Shown: piece after piece, positions 36,638 through 47,426 of the stretch
Numbering within the stretch: position 1 is the first letter of the stretch
Layout: the number at the start of each line of letters is the position of its first letter
From: a virus
Lineage: Duplodnaviria; Caudoviricetes
IMG/VR virus record: IMGVR_UViG_3300035659_000019
Coordinates: 1-53,402 of that record
DNA length: 53,402 bases
Strand: one strand, 5' to 3'
Notes under the pieces: generated by a model
Database searches by the model: none
Told to the model about the DNA's origin: nothing
The model's input: only the letters and a program-made list of their open reading frames with translations
Position numbers and translations under genes: made by a program

Positions 36638-38792
36638 ACATCCTCCTAGCCAATTGTCTAATGGCGCCAATAATTAGCATGCTCATGCGTGACCAGTTAA
36701 CGAAGTGGTGCCCGTCTTCGTTAAATGTAACCACACGTAGTCGTGACAACAAGTCACGGTTCGTTTCTAGCGTCTCGAGGAACTCTTTCCTCAGTGGATC
36801 CCTCTCGAGTAGCGTACAGGCAGCATCGAGTAGCACGATATCATCCTCGTTGTCGAAGTTCGTCCAAGCAGTTCCGACGTCCTGATGGGAGTCTCCGTCT
36901 GCGTCCAAGATGAACCGGTTCGTAGTGTAGTTACGTACTACCAACAGGTTGGCATTGGCTCCCATTGCAGCAATACCCGTACCAGACTTCTTGCTCGCTA
37001 CGATAAGTACGCCACCATCAGCACTAGCTGTTTTTGCTGAGTCGTCCGTAGTGTATATGCCGTGTAACTGCGCGCCTATGTAAGTCTCCGTGAAGCCAGT
37101 GAGCACAACACCTCCGTAGTCAGGTTGTACCTTTTTGAAATCGCCGTACGTGCTAGTTTCAGTAAGGTCCGTAACGCCATGGGCAATGTCGCTACTTTTG
37201 AAGGCGAGTATCTCATCGTCAGCCCCCGCTTGACTGAGCGTTAATCCTCTAGTTGCCTTTGTGTTCAACGTTGTGCAGCCACTCCCCATGTTGATGTTAC
37301 CACCTGGGTGGAACGCCATTACCCATTCGTTCAAGTTCCAGCCGTACACGCCCATCTTCACAAGGGCCTTTGTAGTGCTCGACTCATTTATCAATCCCCA
37401 GGCCTTCGTGTCATCAGTTGCTCCGAGGACCACACCAGCTCGAGCATCCGCGGTCGTTGCAGCAATATGGCCGCCGTCGTTTACGAAGACCCAACCTCTT
37501 AGGTTGGTCCTTCCTGCGACGTACACATCGCCGTTAGAGAGACCTACAGGCTTCGTATACTCACCTCCTACAATGAAGGCTCCTAGAGTAACGAACGTAC
37601 CGGTGTTTACGTCACTATTGCTATCGGCACTAACGAGGAACTGTGCTTGAGTAACGTCGCTTGCTACTGTTATATAGGTAGCTGCATGATAGGTCGACGG
37701 CGCGACCGCCTGAAGACCTACAATCGATGCTTTGCTGGCGATGGGGTATGCGATGAGCTCTACTCCGTTATACGATGGAGAAGGGTTCTGATACCCGTAT
37801 AGGCCTGCATAGTCAACTGCGGCGCCGTTCGTAAAGCGATAGGAGACGACGGGATCAATTGCAGTACCTTCAGTAAGTGTAATCCCGCCCGCTTGGATCC
37901 GCAATGAACCGGCTCCCGCACTAATGAGGAAGCCGTTAGTAGGATCGTAGCGCATATAGTTGCCAGCCGCGTAGTCGCCGAGTCCAATACCATACAGTTC
38001 GGTAGCAATGCCGTACGTTCCGTCTAGGTCTCCAATACGAGCAACGTAAGTAGTTAGGTTATATGCAGCTCCCTGTTTTAGGATAGAAATACGGGGTGTG
38101 TCGTATGAGTTTAGTTCGATACGACCATCACCCGTTGTTCCCAAAACGAGATAGACACTACCTGCGGGCCAGAAGTTCGCTCCCGAACCATCGAGGTTAC
38201 GTGTCACGGCGTACTCGTAACTACCGTAGGAGGCGCCAACTAGCATGTACTCTACTTTGCCGACCGACCGAAATAGGACCCAATCTCCAGACGACATCGA
38301 CTGACCAAAGAAGACTGAGGAGTCTCCTACTTGGACATCGACGGTAACTGCTCCTTCGTTATGCCCTACTATGAGCCAGCCGCCCAAGAGCGTAATAGTC
38401 TCTTTAGCGAAGACGAGTGCATCTATCTCCGACAAGTAACCCTTACGCCACAACTTGTCTGATGATCCCAGATCGTACTGATCGGTATTAGTAGGTATTA
38501 GACTTGAGCCTACGCTTCCACTAACCGTTAGTATTTGTCCGGCAGGTATTGTAACGCCTAGGCTAAAGGTCTGAAGAGCGTTCCATACGTGACTAACGGA
38601 GATCGTATCGATAGTCGCCTTACGTACGAACTGCGGCCCCTGGTCGTCTGCAATCGCTCCAGCGTGGTGCACACCACTCATGTCGTGCGGTGAGGGTGCG
38701 TAATTACCTGTAAGTGATACTCCTGCATCACTAAGCCAACCAAGTACGTAAGGCTTTATCTTCGGGGCTAAATCGGCGACGTCTAGTTTCAT
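36615..38792 (-). CDS. Tail fibre / receptor-binding protein with probable C-terminal intramolecular chaperone
   Basis: Gly/Thr-rich beta segments, YDLGSSDKLWR, C-terminal VNWSRMSMLIIGAIRQL. Confidence 0.7.
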   Translation of the reverse strand: MKLDVADLAPKIKPYVLGWLSDAGVSLTGNYAPSPHDMSGVHHAGAIADDQGPQFVRKATIDTISVSHVWNALQTFSLGVTIPAGQILTVSGSVGSSLIPTNTDQYDLGSSDKLWRKGYLSEIDALVFAKETITLLGGWLIVGHNEGAVTVDVQVGDSSVFFGQSMSSGDWVLFRSVGKVEYMLVGASYGSYEYAVTRNLDGSGANFWPAGSVYLVLGTTGDGRIELNSYDTPRISILKQGAAYNLTTYVARIGDLDGTYGIATELYGIGLGDYAAGNYMRYDPTNGFLISAGAGSLRIQAGGITLTEGTAIDPVVSYRFTNGAAVDYAGLYGYQNPSPSYNGVELIAYPIASKASIVGLQAVAPSTYHAATYITVASDVTQAQFLVSADSNSDVNTGTFVTLGAFIVGGEYTKPVGLSNGDVYVAGRTNLRGWVFVNDGGHIAATTADARAGVVLGATDDTKAWGLINESSTTKALVKMGVYGWNLNEWVMAFHPGGNINMGSGCTTLNTKATRGLTLSQAGADDEILAFKSSDIAHGVTDLTETSTYGDFKKVQPDYGGVVLTGFTETYIGAQLHGIYTTDDSAKTASADGGVLIVASKKSGTGIAAMGANANLLVVRNYTTNRFILDADGDSHQDVGTAWTNFDNEDDIVLLDAACTLLERDPLRKEFLETLETNRDLLSRLRVVTFNEDGHHFVNWSRMSMLIIGAIRQLARRMYETSGAT

Positions 38793-40354
38793 ACTATCTC
38801 CACATCTGTTATGCTATCTGGTACTGTGGGCGTGATCTCTAGAACCTGTTGCTCCACTAGATAGCGGCTGAGCTCGATAAATTCTGCTCCCGCCTTTAGC
38901 GTGTCGTCTGATACTAATTGATCAGGAAGTCCGATGAAGTCTGCCCACTTACCCACTGGGCACGTTGCTAGAGGAATCGGTACGTTAGAAGCCTGAGACC
39001 AAACGTTGTCGAACTTGTCTATCTGAAGTTCGGTTGCGGTAGGCTGTGCATAGATAACCAACTTCCGTTCTCGCGTTACCGTCGCTAAATAGCGTAGGCC
39101 ACCACTAGTTCCTGTTTGCATTAGCTCACTAAGTATTGTACCCACCCCCTGCTCGCCACTTCGATAAGGATTGCCGTAGACGCCACTAGAGGGGCTGACC
39201 TCGACCCCAGTGAAGAACGGGGCATAGCTACCCGAGAGCATGCTAGATATCTGTAGTGATGTCTCCTCGACCACGTTAAGTGTAAACAATAGGTCAGCAT
39301 CAGTGGCGAGTGCTTGCCAAGAGCCGCTCTTATAAACGCGACATACCCCGTCCGTATAGCCCAGGGCGTTGTTTGCTAGTACGGAATAGTAGTTTACGTC
39401 ACTCGTCGATCCAGTACGCTCGGCAACGACCCAGTACAGTACGCCTACAGTGAGCCCAGAACGTGTGAGTACCTTTACAACCCAAGCGTACTGCTCACTA
39501 AGTGAACTCCCTACGAACGTAGTCGAGACGATCTCCGTGCCAGGCACACCCGCATTATCGTTGCAAATACTATACTTGACGCTGTCGACCGGAGCCTTGA
39601 CCTTCTTTATGTGATAGCTCATTGTGTCGACAAACCAAGTGCCTGCGACCGTAAGCTTGAAACCTTGTGCAACCTTTACTACGGATCCTGCAGCAGCCTT
39701 ACCAAAGGCGATCTCTTGCGTAGTTCCTGTTTGATCCTCGTACGAGGTCGAGCCTGTGGGGTGTGCATAGAGTTGCCAGTTCAAGGTTGAGTACCACCCC
39801 TTGCAGGTTAGAAGAGCGGATAGACTGCCCCCCTCAGAGGTGCCGGACTGTATCTGCCGTACAGGAAGCTTATATTGAGCCAAGTATAGGTTACGTTTTG
39901 CCTCCGCAACTTCGGTAAGCGCGTCGCCTATATTGTAGATTCTTTGTTTGACCCCGTAACGGGCCTGACTTGTTGCATCCTGAACGTAGGCCGTCGTTAA
40001 CTTAGTCGTAGACGATGTTTCTCCTGGCTTAAGCTCCGAGTACGTTACAGCAACCTTGTTCGCCATGCTACCAATAGATACGCTGATTGTCCATGCACCT
40101 ATGCGGATCTCAACATTGTACAGATAGCCGAACCAGACGAGCTCGCTCCGGTCGTCATAGATTCGCACAGGACTGCGTAGTAGAGTAGCAAGTCGCGATA
40201 ACGCCTCGGCAGTACCACGAGCGGAGATGGAAGCAGCTACTGGACCGCCAACGGCAGCCCACTCATACGTGTTTACCGTAAGCTCACAGCCTGTGCGAGC
40301 AATGGTCTCGGTCTTAGCGAGATCCGGGTCGCCAATTTCAACTTGGTACGTCAT
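38789..40354 (-). CDS. Minor tail protein (hub/Tal-like)
   Basis: Second gene after the tape measure; DATSQARYGVK. Confidence 0.6.
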   Translation of the reverse strand: MTYQVEIGDPDLAKTETIARTGCELTVNTYEWAAVGGPVAASISARGTAEALSRLATLLRSPVRIYDDRSELVWFGYLYNVEIRIGAWTISVSIGSMANKVAVTYSELKPGETSSTTKLTTAYVQDATSQARYGVKQRIYNIGDALTEVAEAKRNLYLAQYKLPVRQIQSGTSEGGSLSALLTCKGWYSTLNWQLYAHPTGSTSYEDQTGTTQEIAFGKAAAGSVVKVAQGFKLTVAGTWFVDTMSYHIKKVKAPVDSVKYSICNDNAGVPGTEIVSTTFVGSSLSEQYAWVVKVLTRSGLTVGVLYWVVAERTGSTSDVNYYSVLANNALGYTDGVCRVYKSGSWQALATDADLLFTLNVVEETSLQISSMLSGSYAPFFTGVEVSPSSGVYGNPYRSGEQGVGTILSELMQTGTSGGLRYLATVTRERKLVIYAQPTATELQIDKFDNVWSQASNVPIPLATCPVGKWADFIGLPDQLVSDDTLKAGAEFIELSRYLVEQQVLEITPTVPDSITDVEIV

Positions 40355-41790
40355 ATCGCTCGTCTCCGCCTACGATAGGAAGCCTTCACGGTCATGTAGT
40401 AGTCGACCTTGAAGGTACTAGTAGCGACGTCCCAAGTAAAGTACAGTCGTTGAGTTGTATTTGGTTGGAGTACTATAGGCTGCCCGCGATATACAAAGTG
40501 TCCATAGGATACTCCTCCGTACAGCATATATACTGACTTCTCGGCACCGTCCCAAACCAATGTGGAGTTCAGGCCAAGATGATATGAATCGGCAAAGAAG
40601 TACATATATCCGTCTTCACTCTCAGTAGGCATAAGCAGGATGAAGTCTAGCGACATATCCATTGACACCGCGCCTTCACTCTTTGCATACAGCTCAAGAG
40701 TTAGCGCTTCCGGCGTCGTGCCCGCAAGCAGGTACGGAGGGATACATAGCACTCCTAGGTCGAAGGCACCCTCCCACGGTGGCTTATAGGCTACGGTACT
40801 CTGGAGGATCGTTATGCCTGCGTACGACAACTTGAACATTAGCCAGCCTGGTACGAACGCAGCACCAAAAGGAAATGCGCACACCAAGCGGAACCAACGG
40901 TTACGCATTAGTGCCGTCTGCGCACTTGTAAGGGTCCAATCTAAGATGTGCGTCCAAGACGAGAGTACACCGGTTATCCGCTCGCCTGCCAGATTGCTGA
41001 AGTTAACGTTTGCCGTGAGATCCGCAACGTAGGTGCCGTTTTTCCACGCGTAGCTTTCCGCTTCATACCTATGTATAAATGAGCTGGGTGTCCAACGTCG
41101 ATTATTGGCAACGAAGATATGCCATATACGGTTGGTGTCCGAGTTCTGGTTTAGCATCTCTAACTTCATCGGCGACGGGATCGCTCCTTTGATGTCGGTA
41201 TTTAGAATCTCGACGAAGTTATCGTGCTCTGACCCATCCATGTGTGGATAAACTGGGATACCTCCCGTTACGCGAGTCATATTTCGATTTGACAAGGGAA
41301 GCTCAGTCCAGCCTGTATCTTCCCAGAAGGGCGCACGTACTAGGATAACGGATATGTCCGAGTACTTTGAATAGCCTGCAACGCCGAACATCGTTGCTTG
41401 TGCTTCGGAGAGTCGATTTGGCGTTTGAATAAGCTGGATTGTAAAGATCTCCGATCTCCATGTAACGATCGAGCCCTCGGGCCGGATCCGAATATAGACA
41501 CGCTCTGTAAGGGAGTCGAGGTTCTGCATTGCCCTATGTAGCGCGGACTCCAGTGTTTCGCGGTTAGCATCTACTTCAGCGTTCGTAGAACCTCCTACGA
41601 ATACTCTCAGAGTGTCTGTAGCATTACCTGGCTTGGCATACTGAAGTTTCTCGCCCTCGTCGTAAATAGAAAGCTGTGACTGCGTCTGATAGGAAGGTGT
41701 AGATGCAGTGAACCCCATGAAGAAGTAGGGAGGGTTATTTAGGTTCACAATATTGCTCGCGTTGCGGTAGATATCTATTAGAGTTGTCAT
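40351..41790 (-). CDS. Distal tail protein (Dit-like, with inserted domain)
   Basis: First gene after the tape measure; RAPFWE, GAIPSP, LQPN...YRRR end. Confidence 0.6.
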   Translation of the reverse strand: MTTLIDIYRNASNIVNLNNPPYFFMGFTASTPSYQTQSQLSIYDEGEKLQYAKPGNATDTLRVFVGGSTNAEVDANRETLESALHRAMQNLDSLTERVYIRIRPEGSIVTWRSEIFTIQLIQTPNRLSEAQATMFGVAGYSKYSDISVILVRAPFWEDTGWTELPLSNRNMTRVTGGIPVYPHMDGSEHDNFVEILNTDIKGAIPSPMKLEMLNQNSDTNRIWHIFVANNRRWTPSSFIHRYEAESYAWKNGTYVADLTANVNFSNLAGERITGVLSSWTHILDWTLTSAQTALMRNRWFRLVCAFPFGAAFVPGWLMFKLSYAGITILQSTVAYKPPWEGAFDLGVLCIPPYLLAGTTPEALTLELYAKSEGAVSMDMSLDFILLMPTESEDGYMYFFADSYHLGLNSTLVWDGAEKSVYMLYGGVSYGHFVYRGQPIVLQPNTTQRLYFTWDVATSTFKVDYYMTVKASYRRRRRAI

Positions 41791-44700
41791 TTGCTTATCA
41801 TCATTTCATATCGTAGGCGGGTCGCAATCTGCTGGAAAGTCTTCTCGACATCCAGCTCGGTTGACATCTTTGCAATTTGTACATTTACCACCAACGACGA
41901 AGGCATCCTCGGTCCTCCTAGAGCGCCGAAGGAAGATGTCCCGAAACCAACGTAGGCATCGCGAGCGGCCTTAATCGCGCTTGCGATTCCTCTAAACGCC
42001 TTCTCTAGCGGAGGAGGGCTGCCCGGCCGGAACATCTCCGGCAGCCGATTAGCGAAGTCTTCCAACGCCTTGATCGCTGCTAGAATCAAATCGTTAATCT
42101 TCGAGATAGCGTCCCGGATCCTTTCAAACACGGTCGCTACGGGCGGAAGGATGAGCTCGGCTAGGTTCTTAAGCGTGCCACTAAGCTTGTCTAAGATCAG
42201 ACTGTGTATCTTGTCTAGTAGGGCGTGTATACCCTCTTCACCTGTAAGCGCCTTAAGGATCCGATCGAAGAGGTCCGCTACTTTCCCTAGGTAAATCGCT
42301 GCGAGATCGTGTGCTACCTTGAAGCCAGTTTTGAGGAGGGTAGCAACATTACCATAGAGAGTTAGTATATCCCTTAGCATTGGTAGATAGTCGTTCGTAA
42401 TAAAGTCCTTGATAGTCTGGAGAGCGGGCTGGAAGTGTTGATAGATCATAGTAACGTTGTCCCAGTGAGCGGTATACATCTTACCCAGCGTATCGACGAT
42501 CTTCAACAAAGGAGTCCATAGTAGCCAACCTGCCGTAGTAAGGTCGTCCCAAGATGTCTTTAGCTTCGGCAACGCCGTCTCACCGAGATCCTTTGCAAAG
42601 CCCAACATAGCACCTAGGCCGTCACTTATTCTGCTGAGCGGCTCTTCTAGCGTCTTAACGGCCGCAATCGTAAAGTCACGAAAGCCGCCGAAGTTTGTGA
42701 TCCACGCCAAGGCAAGTGCGCCGATCCCCAAGGTAAGCTCACCCACAACTACCGCTAGACCAGCTAGTACGACCAAAAGAGGCCAGACCGAAGTTGCTGC
42801 ACCTAGTATCGCCTTAGTAGCACCGCTTAACGCTGCTGTTAGTGTAATAGGGGTACCGGCTTTAGCAGCTGTACCTAGGGCAGCGGAAGCTGCAAAGATG
42901 ATAGCGAGGAACGGAGGCCCGAGCACACTAATAAGCATACCCACCATTCTGCCAACGCCAGGAGCAGCCGCCTCGACTGCTTTAAGTGCGCCTGCAAGTA
43001 GACCCGCCGTTAGCGCAGACTTCCCAAAGGTTGAAGGCCCAGGCTCAAATACTGTAAAGAGAGATTTGACAGCGCCAACGACGCCACTCTGGCCATCTTC
43101 TCCTATCAAGATCAGCTTTATTTTCTCGAGCGCAGGCTTCAGGTCTTGCTCCCACTTAGCCTTAAGCGTCGTCCATGCCTCAGGGATATGTACCTTGCAC
43201 CAGTTGTAGAGCTTTTTTAGGGCGGGTACTAGCTTCTCGTCGATGAGGATATGGATCTTATTGAACGCAGGCTTTATGTGGTCGTTATAGGCATCCTTCA
43301 CCGCTTGAAACGCTAGAGGAATCTTTGTTTCGAACCACGGGATTAGCTTGTCCCGAATGAAGTCTCTAAGACGCCCGAATGCAGGTATCACATCTTCAAC
43401 AATGAACTTGCGTAGCTTCTCGAGCGCCGGCTGTAGCTTCGTCTCCCATACTTCTTGCACCTTCGCAAACGCTAGAGGAATATGTATCTTCAGCCACTCG
43501 TATATCTTTATAATTGCAGGAACCAGCTTCGTTGTGACAAACTGCCAGAAGTCGTAGAGTGCGGGATGTAAGTGGAGCTGCCAGAAGTCGCTAACAGCCT
43601 TATACGCAATGGGAATGTTCGTTCCCACCCAAGTCGCTAGCGTCTTAATGACCGGTACGAGCTTCTCGGCAATAAATCGAGCTAGACTGTCGAACCATCT
43701 AGCAATCGCAGCTCCGCCCTCTCCGGTTAGAAAGAGATAGAAGGCTGTTACTATCTTGCCGATAAGACTAACGCCTCCAGTAACTGAGTCTTTGCCGAGC
43801 CCCGCAAGAGCATCGCCTATGACCTTGAACGAGTTCGATATCGAGGGTCCGTAGATCGTCCAGAAGTCTTTGAACGCCTTCATTAGTATAAGGAACCAGT
43901 ACTTGAGGTCGTTAAAGGTCTTTTGTACCCACTTAACAGCAGGCTGCAGTCGTCCCCAAGCAGCAATATACTTATCGAGTGTCTTGACGCCCTCTGGACC
44001 GAAGAGCCTTAGAACTACGTTGTGCAGAATATCCATGCCGCCTAACAACTCTTTGACTGCGATCTTCAGTTCGTTCCATTGGTGGATATTAATACCCTGC
44101 TTACCCATAGCAACGATCAGGCGAGCGTATTTTTCTAAGAAGGAGATCGCCTTGTCTATTGGTGCTAGCCACTTCGCAACCGCAGCACGCCATCTCTCCC
44201 CAATTTGGTCCATTGCCTTTGAGTCACGAAGCAAGACGATAAAGTCTAACAGCTTAGCGATGCGTGCAGTAATCTCGTCGATTGCAGGAAGGATTAACTT
44301 CGGCATCGAGAGAACCCATACATCGTGGAAGGTCGACTTCAGCCCTATTAGGGTCTTCGCGAGACGTTCAGCCGCTCCCGCAAAGTTTTCGTCGGCATAC
44401 TTCTGGAAGTACTTAGTAAAGTCCTCCCAGGTTATCTTCCCGGCTGCAATAGCGCGGTTGAAGTCCAAATGGGTCTTGATGTTGATGCCCATCTGCTTGC
44501 CGACATAAACGAGAACCGAGTTCAGATCGAAGCCGGCAAGGGCCAGCTGTCGAATATCGAGGGCTGTTACTTTACCTTGACGACGTATCTGCGCTAAGTT
44601 ATACGCCATACGGTCAAGCATATCATTCGACGCACCAATAGCTGCGGCATAGTTTAGGAGTGCGTCGGTCAGTTTCTTAGATTGATCTACCGAGAAGCCG

Positions 44701-45092
44701 AAGGCCATGTTCATCCGGAACACGTTCATCGTTAGCTCTACGGTATACGGCGACAGAATCGCCATCTTTGACAGCTCATCCATTAGTGCGGCTGCTCTCT
44801 CCCGAGCTTCGGGAAAGACATCCGAAACATTCTTAAGACCGTCAGAGAGTCCAACGAGCTCGCGAGCAACCAAACCTTCGAGCGTTGCTCGCATTAGCTG
44901 GAACTGTGCTGTCGCGTTAATACAGTTCTCGAAGACCGTCGAGATACCGTCGGCAATCGCGTAGAATATTCGTGAGGCAACGATACCCCCGAAAATTTGT
45001 CCTATACGAGAGAAGGACCACGCTAGGTTATTGAAGACGCCACTAGCGCGGTCCGTTCCTATAATTGAAATACTAAGGTCATAGCTAGCCAT
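41787..45092 (-). CDS. Tape measure protein
   Basis: 1101 aa helical protein, N-terminal tape-measure domain, periodic W/F-P repeats, hydrophobic segment. Confidence 0.92.
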   Translation of the reverse strand: MASYDLSISIIGTDRASGVFNNLAWSFSRIGQIFGGIVASRIFYAIADGISTVFENCINATAQFQLMRATLEGLVARELVGLSDGLKNVSDVFPEARERAAALMDELSKMAILSPYTVELTMNVFRMNMAFGFSVDQSKKLTDALLNYAAAIGASNDMLDRMAYNLAQIRRQGKVTALDIRQLALAGFDLNSVLVYVGKQMGINIKTHLDFNRAIAAGKITWEDFTKYFQKYADENFAGAAERLAKTLIGLKSTFHDVWVLSMPKLILPAIDEITARIAKLLDFIVLLRDSKAMDQIGERWRAAVAKWLAPIDKAISFLEKYARLIVAMGKQGINIHQWNELKIAVKELLGGMDILHNVVLRLFGPEGVKTLDKYIAAWGRLQPAVKWVQKTFNDLKYWFLILMKAFKDFWTIYGPSISNSFKVIGDALAGLGKDSVTGGVSLIGKIVTAFYLFLTGEGGAAIARWFDSLARFIAEKLVPVIKTLATWVGTNIPIAYKAVSDFWQLHLHPALYDFWQFVTTKLVPAIIKIYEWLKIHIPLAFAKVQEVWETKLQPALEKLRKFIVEDVIPAFGRLRDFIRDKLIPWFETKIPLAFQAVKDAYNDHIKPAFNKIHILIDEKLVPALKKLYNWCKVHIPEAWTTLKAKWEQDLKPALEKIKLILIGEDGQSGVVGAVKSLFTVFEPGPSTFGKSALTAGLLAGALKAVEAAAPGVGRMVGMLISVLGPPFLAIIFAASAALGTAAKAGTPITLTAALSGATKAILGAATSVWPLLVVLAGLAVVVGELTLGIGALALAWITNFGGFRDFTIAAVKTLEEPLSRISDGLGAMLGFAKDLGETALPKLKTSWDDLTTAGWLLWTPLLKIVDTLGKMYTAHWDNVTMIYQHFQPALQTIKDFITNDYLPMLRDILTLYGNVATLLKTGFKVAHDLAAIYLGKVADLFDRILKALTGEEGIHALLDKIHSLILDKLSGTLKNLAELILPPVATVFERIRDAISKINDLILAAIKALEDFANRLPEMFRPGSPPPLEKAFRGIASAIKAARDAYVGFGTSSFGALGGPRMPSSLVVNVQIAKMSTELDVEKTFQQIATRLRYEMMISK

Positions 45093-45288
45093 CGCCGGTA
45101 CCTCGCATTTTCGTTAGGTTATTCTCTACATCGATACAGTTCAGATGCTTAAAGACTTCAACGACGTTCTCGCCCCGAAGTTCTGAAAGCCGACAGTGGT
45201 ATACATCACGGCACAACACAAGTGTAATGTACTCCCATGGAGCAGGCACTGCTTCAGTCCAAAGATAGGCAAACAGTGCCTGCTTCAA
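45085..45288 (-). CDS. Tail assembly chaperone, frameshifted C-terminal part (gpT-like)
   Basis: In the -1 frame of the upstream ORF and open from the slippery site. Confidence 0.75.
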   Translation of the reverse strand: MKQALFAYLWTEAVPAPWEYITLVLCRDVYHCRLSELRGENVVEVFKHLNCIDVENNLTKMRGTGDG

Positions 45289-45290
45289 AG

Positions 45291-45518
45291 TTAAGCCGGT
45301 TTCACCGACGGGGGGTTTGTGAGCTTTTCGACCTCTGCCTGCACAAGTTCCATGACTCTCGGTAGGTCCTTGATTTTCACGGCACGAGCTCCACCCTCAC
45401 TCACAACTATCCTATTGAGGATGCCCATCTGGCCATTGAAGTCACCGCCAGAGTTGTTCATCAAGTCCTGCATATCGCCGAGCGTGAGTTCAGATACGTC
45501 GATCACTAAATCAGCCAT
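45291..45518 (-). CDS. Tail assembly chaperone (gpG-like)
   Basis: Between the major tail and tape measure genes. Confidence 0.75.
   Translation of the reverse strand: MADLVIDVSELTLGDMQDLMNNSGGDFNGQMGILNRIVVSEGGARAVKIKDLPRVMELVQAEVEKLTNPPSVKPA
45312..45318 (-). promoter_or_regulatory. -1 programmed frameshift heptamer A AAC CCC
   Basis: In-frame X XXY YYZ; the -1 frame reads PVGETGLTLKQALF into ORF 45085-45288. Confidence 0.75.
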
Positions 45519-45532
45519 CGGAATACCTCCTA

Positions 45533-45982
45533 CTATGCTACGACGCTCTTAGCAATCGTGACCACCTTGAGGGCGATCTCGACCGCTACGAGGTCCGCAC
45601 TGTCTGCACTACCAACGGGGTATACAGGTCGCTGAATCACGCCCGCGCTAGTAGTGAACATAAAGGTAGTTGACCCACCACCTTTTGGCGACCATCGCAA
45701 ATAGAACGGGGAGTTACCTTCATAGGCTACACGCACTATCTCCGTAACCTCTGAACCACCTTCGGTATATACAACCCGACACGTAACTCCAAGAGAAGCG
45801 CGCTTCCCTGAAGTTAGGATCGGTGTATCGCCGTCATTGGTAAAGAAGTCTGAAGTAGCACGCTCACCGCCGTCTACTGCAACGCTGTTTGCGAAGCCCG
45901 AAATGTCAGTCCACGAGGATCCGTTGACGGACATCTCAACTTTCGCATTGCGCCAGGACATACCTCCAGTAGTTTGTGCCAT
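45533..45982 (-). CDS. Major tail (tube) protein
   Basis: Position; WTDISG...LRWSPKG...FTTSAG. Confidence 0.75.
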   Translation of the reverse strand: MAQTTGGMSWRNAKVEMSVNGSSWTDISGFANSVAVDGGERATSDFFTNDGDTPILTSGKRASLGVTCRVVYTEGGSEVTEIVRVAYEGNSPFYLRWSPKGGGSTTFMFTTSAGVIQRPVYPVGSADSADLVAVEIALKVVTIAKSVVA

Positions 45983-45984
45983 GC

Positions 45985-46215
45985 TTATACCTCTCTAGAG
46001 AAGGGTACCGGCTCTACGGCGGCTACCTTGGGCACACCGAGCTTTACCCCTTTAGGCAAGACGGTCCCAAGATCCTCCAAGACTCCGGTAGTAAAGAGGT
46101 CGGGGTGAAGTAGCTCCTTGTCCATTTCAACTACTTCGCCTTTCACGAGTTCCCGCTGATGTTGTAGCGACCAGACAGGACCTTCGAGGACCTTGATATA
46201 AACTCTTGTACTCAT
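45985..46215 (-). CDS. Hypothetical protein
   Basis: Coupled ORF in the neck/tail region. Confidence 0.5.
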   Translation of the reverse strand: MSTRVYIKVLEGPVWSLQHQRELVKGEVVEMDKELLHPDLFTTGVLEDLGTVLPKGVKLGVPKVAAVEPVPFSREV

Positions 46216-46640
46216 AACGTTGCCTCCAATCTTAACGGTATTAGTTCGAACAGGTAGGGTACACCTGCTACTACTACACGATCAACTATTGATTGCGAGT
46301 CCCAATCCACTGCGACCCAGTAATCCGTCACTTGGTGATTCTCGATGCACGTTGCAATGTAATGTTCGATGTTATCGAGCATGTCTTCTGCTTGCGCCTC
46401 AGTCCAACCCGACTCGGTATCAGAGTGTAACACGAATACATGTGCGAGAAGTACAAACGTAGCGCGCGATCCACGATTAGTGAACGCAGTACGGTTAGAG
46501 GGGCCCGAAGCAACGAAAACAACGGGTGACTCACCAGTAAAGCTAGACGCCAGGTAGTCGTAAACGTTCTGGAGTCCAGGAACTTCTGCCTTTATCAGCG
46601 AGGCCAGAAGCTTTCGTGCATTCAACCTATTTAGCCCCAT
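46212..46640 (-). CDS. Tail terminator-like protein
   Basis: Position and size; VYDY...P, AEDMLD. Confidence 0.6.
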   Translation of the reverse strand: MGLNRLNARKLLASLIKAEVPGLQNVYDYLASSFTGESPVVFVASGPSNRTAFTNRGSRATFVLLAHVFVLHSDTESGWTEAQAEDMLDNIEHYIATCIENHQVTDYWVAVDWDSQSIVDRVVVAGVPYLFELIPLRLEATL

Positions 46641-47098
46641 ATCTCCTCCATCACTCTAATAGCCTTACTCATACCTACACCACCGAGATACAGGTGTGCT
46701 TCGCTAATAGTTCGCTGATAGAAGGCGTGTGATCCGCCGCGTGCGTGTTCATAAACACCGTAGATAAAGGGCCACATTAGCGTTGAGCCCTTTGCCCATA
46801 CTACACGCTGGTTGAGATACACGTTGCCTGTCATCTTGTGAGAGTCATACTCCCACTCGTGCGACTCTGCTAACTTACCTGACGTACCTCGGTGTGTAAT
46901 CTTAGCTGCGTAGTCTCGGGCTTCCTCTAGCATTGCCTCTATGGACTCTTTGAAGATTCCACGGTAGGTTTCGCCGTCGTTAGCCTTCTTGATCGCCTGC
47001 GCTAGCTTATAGTAGCCGGAGACCCTGAACGTAAGCTCGACATGCCTATAGGTCGCCGTTACATTCAAGTCACTAAAGATACCAGGGGTCCAGGGCAT
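46631..47098 (-). CDS. Neck protein (HK97 gp10-like position)
   Basis: SGKLAES...YGVYEH...HAFYQRT. Confidence 0.55.
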   Translation of the reverse strand: MPWTPGIFSDLNVTATYRHVELTFRVSGYYKLAQAIKKANDGETYRGIFKESIEAMLEEARDYAAKITHRGTSGKLAESHEWEYDSHKMTGNVYLNQRVVWAKGSTLMWPFIYGVYEHARGGSHAFYQRTISEAHLYLGGVGMSKAIRVMEEIWG

Positions 47099-47099
47099 G

Positions 47100-47426
47100 T
47101 TACTGTGCCTTCCTCTGTTCTAGTAACATGTAGAACAGCTTACCATCTGGGCACCACCAGTCGCCACAGGCCCTAATAGAATACTGAACGCTCTCGACAA
47201 CGAGAAGATCGCCTTCCTTTATGTCGTAGTCGCCAAGTGTGAACGATTGAAGTAACTCCATTGGAGTCTTAAGGCTCGCTCGTTCTATGAGATCTGGATC
47301 CGCTGGGTCCAGTGGTGTGCATCTTAGTTCCGCTACGCAAGTAGTGGGTGCGCCACGCTTGCCGCCTACTACGAGAGGTGAGCGTACTGTAGATGCAGTA
47401 ACCGTCATCGCTCTACGTATACCCAC
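47100..47426 (-). CDS. Head closure protein
   Basis: DIKEGDLLVV...YSI; position. Confidence 0.6.
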   Translation of the reverse strand: MGIRRAMTVTASTVRSPLVVGGKRGAPTTCVAELRCTPLDPADPDLIERASLKTPMELLQSFTLGDYDIKEGDLLVVESVQYSIRACGDWWCPDGKLFYMLLEQRKAQ

